A DNA stretch of 63,490 nt, filler included, from Octopus bimaculoides (Eukaryota), in the NCBI RefSeq assembly GCF_001194135.2. It is 4 parts of 4 records of this genome, joined end to end, with 100 filler letters (N's around TTAATTAATTAA, not from the genome) between each part and the next. Parts side by side here need not be neighbours in the genome. Positions count along the whole stretch, not along the records: positions 1 to 31,152 come from NC_068983.1; positions 31,253 to 46,987 come from NC_069000.1; 2 more parts are not named here. One strand, 5' to 3'. The position numbers were made by a program, and so were the translations under genes. Shown here one piece after another: positions 27,023 through 37,909 of this stretch (position 1 is the stretch's first letter; each line of letters opens with the position of its first letter). The notes beneath the pieces are model-generated. The model was not told where the DNA came from, ran no database searches, and saw nothing but the letters and a program-made list of their open reading frames with translations.

Positions 27023-27671
27023 GAATATATATNNNNNNNNNNNNNNNNNNNNNNNNNNNNNNNNNNNNNNNNNNNNNNNNNNNNNNNNNNNNNNNNNNNN
27101 NNNNNNNNNNNNNNNNNNNNNNNNNNNNNNNNNNNNNNNNNNNNNNNNNNNNNNNNNNNNNNNNNNNNNNNNNNNNNNNNNNNNNNNNNNNNNNNNNNNN
27201 NNNNNNNNNNNNNNNNNNNNNNNNNNNNNNNNNNNNNNNNNNNNNNNNNNNNNNNNNNNNNNNNNNNNNNNNNNNNNNNNNNNNNNNNNNNNNNNNNNNN
27301 NNNNNNNNNNNNNNNNNNNNNNNNNNNNNNNNNNNNNNNNNNNNNNNNNNNNNNNNNNNNNNNNNNNNNNNNNNNNNNNNNNNNNNNNNNNNNNNNNNNN
27401 NNNNNNNNNNNNNNNNNNNNNNNNNNNNNNNNNNNNNNNNNNNNNNNNNNNNNNNNNNNNNNNNNNNNNNNNNNNNNNNNNNNNNNNNNNNNNNNNNNNN
27501 NNNNNNNNNNNNNNNNNNNNNNNNNNNNNNNNNNNNNNNNNNNNNNNNNNNNNNNNNNNNNNNNNNNNNNNNNNNNNNNNNNNNNNNNNNNNNNNNNNNN
27601 NNNNNNNNNNNNNNNNNNNNNNNNNNNNNNNNNNNNNNNNNNNNNNNNNNNNNNNNNNNNNNNNNNNNNNN

Positions 27672-27979
27672 AGATCTAGTTTAAAACGGGGGCACCAGTT
27701 TTCATTAATGTTTTATGTAGTGTTTTTTGGTACCGAAAGACTTTCAAACTTCGTATACTTATCTATTTTGTGAACTCTATTCAGCTGAATAGCCGTCAGT
27801 GATTGGTTGAAATTATTGAAATAAGACAATTTTTTACATGAAATAAATTCGAATACAAAAATATTTTTCTGTTCTATAACACAAAATAGATAAGTATACG
27901 AAGTTTGAAAGTCTTTCCGTACCAAAAACACTACGTAAAACATTAATGAAAAATGTGGCCCCCGTTTTAAAATAGATCC
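27672..27979. mobile_element. Second copy of the GGATC MITE family, with about 95-bp inverted arms
   Basis: First 145 bp identical to 26702-26846; the right arm is the reverse complement of the left arm. Confidence 0.75.
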
Positions 27980-28302
27980 ACCTCATGTACGGACATTGCT
28001 GATATTTTTCATGGGCAGTGGTCTGTGATGATCTTCTCGATCACGAGTGGACAGCCGTCATCAGCATCATATATGTGCGTGTGTATGTGTGTGAATGTAT
28101 GATTGTGTCTGTGTATGTAAGTATGTATATGTGTGTATGCATGTAGGTAGGTATTTGTGTGTACATTGATTTACTTGTATAAACATTATGAATGTGCGTC
28201 TGTGAGCGTGTGTATTGATAGAAAGAAGGGTAATGGGGGTAGTATAGAGGAGCTGTATATTTGTACGTATATGTATGCGTGTATGTGTATGTATGTGTAT
28301 AC

Positions 28303-28347
<45 letters not shown>

Positions 28348-29318
28348 TGTGTGCGTGCGTTTGTGTTCGTGGAGGAAAAACTACGATTAGAAGCAACTTA
28401 GAGAAACAAATGAAAAGATAAACAATTTAGTGGAAGAAAGAGAATCGTGTGGAGGCGTAGGGGAATTGTATTAGCATAAGTACAAAATAGAAGGGGGTAT
28501 AGAAGGAATTAAATAGAAGCTGAACAACCCTAGATGCCAGTATCTTGTGATAAATGACAAGTTTTCACGAAAATCAAAATCCACCAGACTTCCGCTTTTA
28601 AATGAATTCTAGATATGAGAAAAATGTTTTCTTTCATTGTGCTCGAAATTCTCAAGAAAACTCAAAGGAGTTTGGCACATTCCAATATTAACAGGATTAT
28701 GGACAGTTGAATAAATTGCGAAAACTATACAAGAGCCTAATTAAATTTCCGTCATTGTGCGTCTAGTATCTAGTTAGCTTCATACCTCACCATTATGGTT
28801 TCAAAATCTTGTACGATTTGGCTATGCTTTTCATTTATTCCAGTGTCGATAAAACACGCTACAAAGGTGGAGGAAGCTTTTACACACACACACACACACT
28901 CTCTCTCTCTCTGTCGCTCTCTCTCTCTGTCGCTCTCTCTCTCTGTCGCTCTCTCTCTCTGTCGCTCTCTCTCTCTCTCTCTCTCTNNNNNNNNNNNNNN
29001 NNNNNNNNNNNNNNNNNNNNNNNNNNNNNNNNNNNNNNNNNNNNNNNNNNNNNNNNNNNNNNNNNNNNNNNNNNNNNNNNNNNNNNNNNNNNNNNNNNNN
29101 NNNNNNNNNNNNNNNNNNNNNNNNNNNNNNNNNNNNNNNNNNNNNNNNNNNNNNNNNNNNNNNNNNNNNNNNNNNNNNNNNNNNNNNNNNNNNNNNNNNN
29201 NNNNNNNNNNNNNNNNNNNNNNNNNNNNNNNNNNNNNNNNNNNNNNNNNNNNNNNNNNNNNNNNNNNNNNNNNNNNNNNNNNNNNNNNNNNNNNNNNNNN
29301 NNNNNNNNNNNNNNNNNN

Positions 29319-29375
<57 letters not shown>

Positions 29376-29388
29376 TCACACATACATA

Positions 29389-30125
29389 CAGGGTGAGGTG
29401 AATATATTGTCGTCTAAATTACACAAAGATGAAAATAACACTGATATCTCATTTTAACAGATATATTTACCAAAACTACATAAAAATATCTTGAAATACT
29501 AACAGAGTAAATTTATTCAATACAATCACCATTGGCTTCAACCACGGCCTCCAGACGACTTCGGGAATCTCCCGCAACTCTTTTGGACGGTCTCCTTGTT
29601 TAAGTTGGTGAATGCTGCCATACACCTTGCTTTCAGTTTATCTTTGGTGTTACAAAGAGTTTTTTTTTTCGTTCTCTTGCTCAACTGCGTCCCACACATA
29701 ATGATCAAGGGGGTTGCAGTCTGGAGAGTTAGGTGGCAAGATGTTAGGGGTCGCAGAATTTGTCTGACAGCCATGACTGGGGTTCTCCTGCTTGTGTGGC
29801 ATGGTGCAGAGTCTTGTTGCCAGACATAGGGTCTTTCAGCAGCCACCCTCTTGATCCAGGGCAGCACTATCTCCTCCAGGCAATTGATGTGAGCCTCCGT
29901 GTTGAGTGTGAGGCCATGTGGGAAGATGAATGGATGCATAACGTCGCCATGACTAGTGATCACTACAAACACCATGATGTTGACTGGATGTTTGATTTTT
30001 ATTACTCTTGGTACATGTTTTGGGGACACGGCGGCCAATGGTTTTTCTGTGTGTTCACCATCTGTTCGTATTGGAGCTTCCGGTGCATGTCGTTTCTAAA
30101 TTTCTGGCAGAGTGAATTGCGTCAT
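29389..30125 (-). mobile_element. Tc1/mariner (DDxD, maT-like) transposon remnant, internally deleted
   Basis: KHPVNIMVF..WQQDSAPCHTS and frameshifted PPNSPDCNPLDHYVW. TA|CAGGGTGAGG terminus at 29387-29398. The N-terminal MTQFTLPEI is fused directly to the catalytic region. Confidence 0.85.
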
Positions 30126-30254
30126 TATGTTGTTATTCTCACAGAAACAAAATATGCATTTTATGCATATTAACTTTATCAAATTTATTAACTCTACGCA
30201 TATACCAGGAAAATTCTGGGATACAACTATTGTAATATTATAACGTATATAAAG

Positions 30255-30435
30255 GCTGTGAGCTGACAGAATCGTTAGCATGCCGGGTAAAATGCTTTCC
30301 GGAATTTCGTTTATGTTCACGTTCTTCGTTCAAATTCCGCCGTCTTTGTCTTCATCCTTCGGGACCAGCTGAATACTGGGGTCGGAGAAATCAACTCATC
30401 CCCTCCTCGGATGTTGTTAGCCTTGTGCTAAAATT
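30255..30435 (+). mobile_element. SINE family C
   Basis: gagctgacagaatcgttagcatgccggg..gttcaaattccgcc..ttcatccttc. Confidence 0.75.
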
Positions 30436-30537
30436 TGAAACCAATATTATAGCGTAAACATGTAGTGTAAACACTAAATCATCGTCACTATCTTTTTAAA
30501 TCATGCCGCATCTCATCTTTCGTCTTCCCAAGTCATC

Positions 30538-30617
30538 CTCGTGTATAAGCCGACCTACGTTCTGTTGTTGTAGATTTTGGTCTAAGAACTTCGACCTGTA
30601 TGACATAAAACTCGGTA
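30538..30617. mobile_element. Possible pogo/Tigger-type MITE terminus
   Basis: ctcgtgtataagccgacc ... ttcgacctgtat ... ctcggta resembles the ends of TACCGTA-type elements. Confidence 0.35.
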
Positions 30618-31025
30618 ATTTTATCTTAAGTTATCACAGCACACATCCTTATGAATAATTTAAGTATATTTTTTTGTATTGCTTTGATCTGGAGGAAGTC
30701 GTTGTACATGTGGCTTTGGTTGGCCTTCGGAAACTGGTGAGATTGATGCTGTTCAATGTACTGAAACCCTATAGTATTTATTTATTCACAGCATACCACA
30801 TCATACATAGATCATAATTGGGCGCCTAGAGCCGTGAAAACCCCAGGGTAACTAACAGCTCAGTGTACCCATGTATTAAGACTGCACTGACATAATGAAC
30901 GAACGGTGAATGACCAAACCGAGCAAAATTATTCATTATTTTTCATCATTCTCTGCACATTTTCTAGTCATGTGCTAAATAATCCGATTGAAATATGGTT
31001 TCCGATACTGACCGCCACCAATTAC

Positions 31026-31057
31026 TATTCAACACTACGGCGCTTTCTTCTTACTGA
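31026..31057 (-). CDS. Candidate second exon encoding SVRRKRRSVE (furin-like site)
   Basis: Acceptor tcattttatctgcAG, in phase 0 with the exon at 31698-31841. The donor TA|gtaatt is weak; alternatively the frame ends at TAG. Confidence 0.3.
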
Positions 31058-31196
31058 CTGCAGATAAAATGATCTATTTACGTTTAGTAGTCTTGGCATT
31101 TGGTTTTCTTGGCAAAGATGTTTTTTCATTGTCTTTATATATATATATATATNNNNNNNNNNNNNNNNNNNNNNNNNNNNNNNNNNNNNNNNNNNN

Positions 31197-31208
31197 TTAA
31201 TTAATTAA
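31197..31208. other. Artificial six-frame-stop linker TTAATTAATTAA (also at 47032-47043 and 62320-62331)
   Basis: Identical 12-mer centred in N runs of about 44 nt on each side, about 100 nt in total. Confidence 0.85.
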
Positions 31209-31282
31209 NNNNNNNNNNNNNNNNNNNNNNNNNNNNNNNNNNNNNNNNNNNNATATATATATATATATATATACATATACTA

Positions 31283-31494
31283 CGCGTGCTGTAAAGTTAC
31301 TGGTGTGATCATCACTAAAGAAATCTGGTTGCGGGTCCAACATTTCGAGTTCTTTTTGCAGGTCTTAGAAAAATTGAAGGACCACTGCAGTAAGAGTGTG
31401 AATTTGAAAGGGGAATATGTTCAATAAAATCGTAATAAACTGAAACTCCTGTAGTTCCTTTTGAGCAAACCAGCAACTTTTCCGTAACCCCTCG
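31283..31494 (+). mobile_element. Mariner-derived MITE
   Basis: TA-flanked imperfect TIRs (cgcgtgctgtaaagttactgg / reverse complement cgaggggttacggaaaagttgctgg); interior carries the mariner C-terminal ..VNLKGEYVQ* remnant. Confidence 0.6.
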
Positions 31495-31697
31495 TATATA
31501 TTATACACACAGACACACACACACATATATATGTATTCACGCATGTATGTATGTATGTATGTGTGTGTGTGTGTGCATGTGTATGTGTATGCATGCATGT
31601 ATGTATTATGTTGTTATTTATGTATGTATTGATGTATGTATTTCGGAATTTAGCATTTGCATTCGAAATAAGGGAAGGCCCTTCGCTCCTTACTTAC

Positions 31698-31841
31698 TGT
31701 GTTTGATTTCTCTTCCATTTTTGTTATCCTTGAATCTTGATATAGTATCGTTATGACCAGAACGAGAAATAATCCAAAAGCTATCAGAGAAGAAATAGAA
31801 AAACGTTGCGAAATGTTCCTCGACAATTTTGCGAAGTCCAT
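31698..31841 (-). CDS. Probable first coding exon of a type II single-pass membrane protein (48 aa)
   Basis: MDFAKLSRNISQRFS-ISSLIAFGLFLVLVITILY-QDSRITKMEEKSNT|gtaagt. Kozak-like agaATGG; in-frame upstream TGA; phase-0 GTAAGT donor; possible acceptor before 31895. Confidence 0.6.
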
Positions 31842-31960
31842 TCTGATGGTGGTTATCCGTGCAAAATGATATTTCGTGTTGGTTCAATGATAGATCTAAA
31901 GTGGATGTAAGCTGAACAGTGTAACTGTCTTCTTACTTTGTTTTATCTATTTCACCCACA

Positions 31961-32065
31961 TCACGTCAGCTCTGCCGAAAATCTAATCGTAAATTCAGGA
32001 ACCAATGAGATTGATATAACAATAATTGTGGGTGTCTCCTTTTAAATGACACCTTTTGTGATTGG
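31961..32065 (-). promoter_or_regulatory. Promoter-like motif cluster upstream of the membrane-protein exon
   Basis: CRE/ATF-like TCACGTCA (31961-31968) and CCAAT boxes at 32002-32006 and 32061-32065. Confidence 0.3.
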
Positions 32066-32636
32066 ATGGAGATGATCTACGATTGACACACGCAATACTC
32101 AGCAAAATATTTTACTGACATCTGCAGAAATTTGCAAAATGAAACAGAAATTCCAGTTTATTTTAGGATTCTAATTTATTTATTTCCTAATGTTTGTATT
32201 CATTTTACTTCATTATTTCTCCGTTTTAATATTCATTTAGGAGACTTCTTTGTTCAACATCTGTGCAGACCATTACTGCAAAGCTTTATTTAATGCAGTC
32301 GAGTGTTTTTATTGGTTAGTTCATAACAACATNNNNNNNNNNNNNNNNNNNNNNNNNNNNNNNNNNNNNNNNNNNNNNNNNNNNNNNNNNNNNNNNNNNN
32401 NNNNNNNNNNNNNNNNNNNNNNNNNNNNNNNNNNNNNNNNNNNNNNNNNNNNNNNNNNNNNNNNNNNNNNNNNNNNNNNNNNNNNNNNNNNNNNNNNNNN
32501 NNNNNNNNNNNNNNNNNNNNNNNNNNNNNNNNNNNNNNNNNNNNNNNNNNNNNNNNNNNNNNNNNNNNNNNNNNNNNNNNNNNNNNNNNNNNNNNNNNNN
32601 NNNNNNNNNNNNNNNNNNNNNNNNNNNNNNNNNNNN

Positions 32637-32679
<43 letters not shown>

Positions 32680-32861
32680 TTTCATTAGAATGGAAGTATT
32701 CCAACACCGAGACAGCCGGGTAGGGAACACAATGTATATGAGACGTCGCCGGTATGACTCGTCTCCGAATGGTTAATCTGTAGCAAGTGACACAGCCTCA
32801 AAGAGCTACAGTGGCCTTCGCATGGTTTTATTTAGAATGGATTATAAAAATGCATTCAAAG

Positions 32862-33400
32862 TTAACCGTCATCGATGACAGATGGGGGTCCACTACGCTC
32901 ACAAACTTCAAGTCTCAGGTCTCCACTGCGAATTCGTTTAAACCATTTTCGAGCTGACCACTCACTGGTCATTTCCTCACCAAACGTTTCGTTGATATCG
33001 CGAGCAGTTTCAGCTGCTTTACGTCCTATTTTGAGGTTGAATGGCAAAATTGCTCGAATATCGCACTTTGACATTTCCATTTCAGATTAATGTAACAACG
33101 GTGAAAATATATCAAGGTTAATTTATTGATGCATTTGGTCAAGTCTATGTCAGTATCATCAGACAAATACAAAAAACGTTACCAAAAAAATTCAAAACTC
33201 TGCAAAAATCTGGTACAAATTCTTCATGGTTCGAAACGTTGCTTAGTTTTTACTCACCCTGATAGTTAACCGATAGCTACGACCCTAACAAGTGCTGCTA
33301 CTCTGGATGAGAATAGAGCTGGGAACACCAGTAGGCAAGAAGTGATTCCACACTCCACAAAAGCCAGGAACTTTCAAACCAAAGCATCCACTACCGGATG
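32862..33400 (-). mobile_element. Mariner transposon 5' remnant (HTH domain)
   Basis: MEMSKCDIRAILPFNLKIGRKAAETARDINETFGEEMTSEWSARKWFKRIRSGDLRLE..RSGPPS matches the Mos1/SETMAR-type N-terminal HTH; TIR-like gaaagttcctggcttt near 33360-33378. Confidence 0.8.
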
Positions 33401-33436
33401 CAGTTTAAAGTCTAACCCATGTGTACATATATATAC

Positions 33437-34129
<693 letters not shown>

Positions 34130-34262
34130 TATATAAATATAAATTTTAAATAATTATGTTCTCTAGCCGGCAATATATACTGCAGTGAATTATCCTGTGC
34201 AGAACTGTTTCCGGAATTTAGCGCGCCAGAGCTGAGACATTTGAAAATAACTCCAATGTAAT

Positions 34263-34472
34263 CGGTAGAACTGTACGCACGTCAAATTTTATGAAGACAA
34301 TTCGTGTATAGTTCTGCATATTATATTGATTTTAGAACGATTGTGCTGATGAACCACGGACGTTTTTACATAAGTAAAAAAGTTGATGGGGAAACCGGGA
34401 CACGATTAATTCTTTATTTTATATATTTCTCATTTTGTCTTGCCTGCCTATGCTCTGGTATTTAATGAATTG
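34263..34472. repeat. Inverted copy of the MITE interior 33733-33942
   Basis: 210-bp reverse complement with few mismatches; ends at an N gap. Confidence 0.85.
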
Positions 34473-35294
34473 NNNNNNNNNNNNNNNNNNNNNNNNNNNN
34501 NNNNNNNNNNNNNNNNNNNNNNNNNNNNNNNNNNNNNNNNNNNNNNNNNNNNNNNNNNNNNNNNNNNNNNNNNNNNNNNNNNNNNNNNNNNNNNNNNNNN
34601 NNNNNNNNNNNNNNNNNNNNNNNNNNNNNNNNNNNNNNNNNNNNNNNNNNNNNNNNNNNNNNNNNNNNNNNNNNNNNNNNNNNNNNNNNNNNNNNNNNNN
34701 NNNNNNNNNNNNNNNNNNNNNNNNNNNNNNNNNNNNNNNNNNNNNNNNNNNNNNNNNNNNNNNNTATATATATTTATTCAAATGCATATATTGACACATA
34801 TATATTTATGGACCCTATCCAATGTAAGTTGAAAACGCATGTTTTCTTTCAGATCCTCTTTTTCTCTCGCTTTCCTTTTCATCTGTTATTGTAGAACATT
34901 TATTGCGGTCCTTACCGGACCCATAAATAATTATGATGGTGGTCTGTGTATTTTTATAGATTCTGATTTCTGCCTTCAGAATGTAATTAATGGGTCCGCA
35001 AATTCAACTTTGCAAGCAGGTAAATTCAAATTCTCTAAATACATGTGTGAATATTTGTTTTAAATTACTTGACGAGGATAGATTTTTGCATGATGTGATC
35101 GAAATAATTGGCGAATTCATCAATGAAAAATGCTTGAATGAAAAATGCTGAGAAAAGTCAATGAAACAGTGGTTGAAAATTTTCACTTATTGTCCAATAT
35201 ATATAGCTGTCCTATTTGCAGTATTCTTAATGTGAGATCCTATATAGAAACAAATCGTGTTGTAACTAGAGAGTGTCATTACACCAATAATTAT

Positions 35295-35490
35295 TTCAAA
35301 TTTTTGCCACAAGGGTAGCTTGAGGTAGGTGGGGATGAGTCGATTACATCGACCCCTTATTTTAGCGATCCTGAAAGGATAAAAGGCAAAGTTGACCTCA
35401 GCGGAATTGGAACTCAGGACCTGGAGACGGGCAAAATACCGCTAAGCATTTTGTCCAGCGTGCTGACGTCTCTGCCAGCTCGCCACCTTC
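35295..35490 (-). mobile_element. SINE family C
   Basis: gaaaggataaaaggcaaagttgacctcagcggaattggaactcag..ctgccagctcgccacc. Confidence 0.8.
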
Positions 35491-36043
35491 ATTACACCAA
35501 TAATAATATACAGAATAACAGTAAAGGAGACTTGGGGAAGAGAGGACATGTCGTTGATGAGGTCACAAATGACGAGGTCACGAAAGAGCTTTGGCAAACA
35601 ACTGGCTGATTGTTTAACTAACAGTTTAAACGTACTATTAATAAGTCTGTTGGTAAGGTACTAACAAATTGACTACCAATAAATGAGTGAAATTGCCCTA
35701 ATGTGTGTGTTTAGTATTATTGGCTTCATGACCATCCCTAAATACAATGAGATATACTTATGTTCTTAACTACGAACAAATTATGAGAACAAACTGTTTT
35801 TATTTTCCAGTTTCTTTTTATTATTTCCTAATTTTTTTACTTTGAATATTTGATATTTGATGAGATGGATACACGCATCGAAATCGGTTACATTTTATAA
35901 AAGTCAATTAACGTAACAAATATTAAAAACATCTTTAAACATACTTTCGTGTTCTTTCTACTTTTAATTTTTAAATGTACTTGTAGATTTATGTGGATTC
36001 TTCACCTCACTTTTCAACTATATATATATATACACACATACAC

Positions 36044-36100
36044 ACTAGCAATGCATCCCGGCGCAGCCCGGGTGTTACCACCTACAGCCACATTGTATTA
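36044..36100 (+). mobile_element. Possible Helitron/Helentron-associated element 5' end
   Basis: actagcaatgcatCCCGGcgcagCCCGGG resembles invertebrate ACTAG..CCCGGCGTTGCCCGGG termini; the 3' end could not be placed. Confidence 0.35.
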
Positions 36101-36689
36101 TTTGTTCCTTTATTATGGGCAGAATCAGCACAGCTGATATATAGTCAAGTTATTGCTTGTTTAAAAGTGAAGGGGAGGGGTACAATTTGCATAGATTTGC
36201 ATGAAAGTGCTTTCTCTTCTTAATAAGGATCACAAACTATGTATTGTTTCATTGTATAAAAGGGGCTTAATACTATTTTGCCCAGAAATCAGGTTTTTTT
36301 TTAAATTTTAATCCCAACCTTCGTTCCCACCGCAATTTCTTAATTCGTAACTTTACTTCAAATTTTTTTTATCCGCGTAGAAAAACACAGACGTTACGAA
36401 TCTGGGAAATTTCTTATTCTTAAAGTTTAATTTTTCTTAAAAGAAACACTCAATGCCCCTCCCCCTACCTCGCCCACCCATCACCTACCTATTTTCAAAT
36501 AGCTAAAACCTCCTAATGTTTCACTTTTGTCTGACATTTCACGCATGCGTAGAACCGTACTGAAATAGCAGACGCAAAACATACCAGACCACCACCAGAA
36601 AACCTGACATGCAAGAAACAACAGGTAAACGACATTATTTCTGAAGAAACGAATCCGCTTTCCAAAAAGCTCGAATTGAAACATTGGGA

Positions 36690-36745
<56 letters not shown>

Positions 36746-36803
36746 NNNNNNNNNNNNNNNNNNNNNNNNNNNNNNNNNNNNNNNNNNNNNNNNNNNNNNN
36801 NNN

Positions 36804-36838
<35 letters not shown>

Positions 36839-37909
36839 TCCCTCACACGCACGTTATCTTTCATACACGCTTACATAAACACATATAAACACATATGCAT
36901 ACAACTTCTTATGTATATATGCGTACGTGGGCATGTGAGAGAGAGAATGAGTGACTGTATTTTATGAAAACATAGAAAAACGTATATATTTTAATGAAAT
37001 TTTGGGGGCTGTGTCTTATTTTAATACAATAATTATGTGAACGTTTCCATAAATGATTGTCTGAGTAGAATTCTATGCAAGCGTGAAACATCAGACGAAA
37101 GTGAAACATTAGAAGCAAATCGAGATATTGTCTAAAAATGACCATTAAATTGTGCGACCCGACCTCGTTTCCGAGGTTATTTTAGTAGTAAAAACGAGTT
37201 GTAGTGCCCAAAACATAGTTTATTCGGTAGCCGTTCAATAGACATAGATAGATTATAAGCAGCTTTCTTTATTATAATACAGATGTGACTAATTCGGAGA
37301 AACATTACTTTCATTATTCATACATCATCCCTCTCGTAATGCAACACTTTGTAATATTAGTTGAAATTGAAAGTGTGAAACTATTTTCATTTTCTAATGA
37401 CACCTGGTCAATGTAGAGCAGCGTCTTTTAAACACCCAAGGTCGGTTGTTGAGATGACGTAGAAGATATGCAAATAAAAATAAAATTTATTTGGTAGCCG
37501 AAAGAGTACTGAATCTGTTGATACTCCATACGCCAAAATTGGCAACTTAGCTTTCGAAGGCATAAGGAACATACGCATACACATAAAAACTTTCCCTTTT
37601 GTATATATATATATGTGTGTGTGTGTGTTCTTCACGGAGGAAGAACTTCTACAGTTCTTCCTCCGTGTGAATCAAGAAACCGAAATCAAGAATGAGAGCC
37701 ATGAAAGCTTTTCATGCTGCAGTAAAACGACTGATACTGAAAGGCTTCACTGTTATACGGTAACGAATGTAGTAGATACCAGCATTTGTATTCACAAAGG
37801 CTTGCAAGAAATCAATAACAAACCAAATGGCAAACATTGTAGGAGCCCGGAGATCGCCCTTTTTAACACCAGATTCAACTGCGATGGGTTTTAGTAGCTT
37901 ATCATTGAC

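Noticed and set aside
33257-33310. Strong AGG|GTGAGT donor upstream of the membrane-protein exon
   Set aside because: It lies within the mariner 5' region; no independent support.
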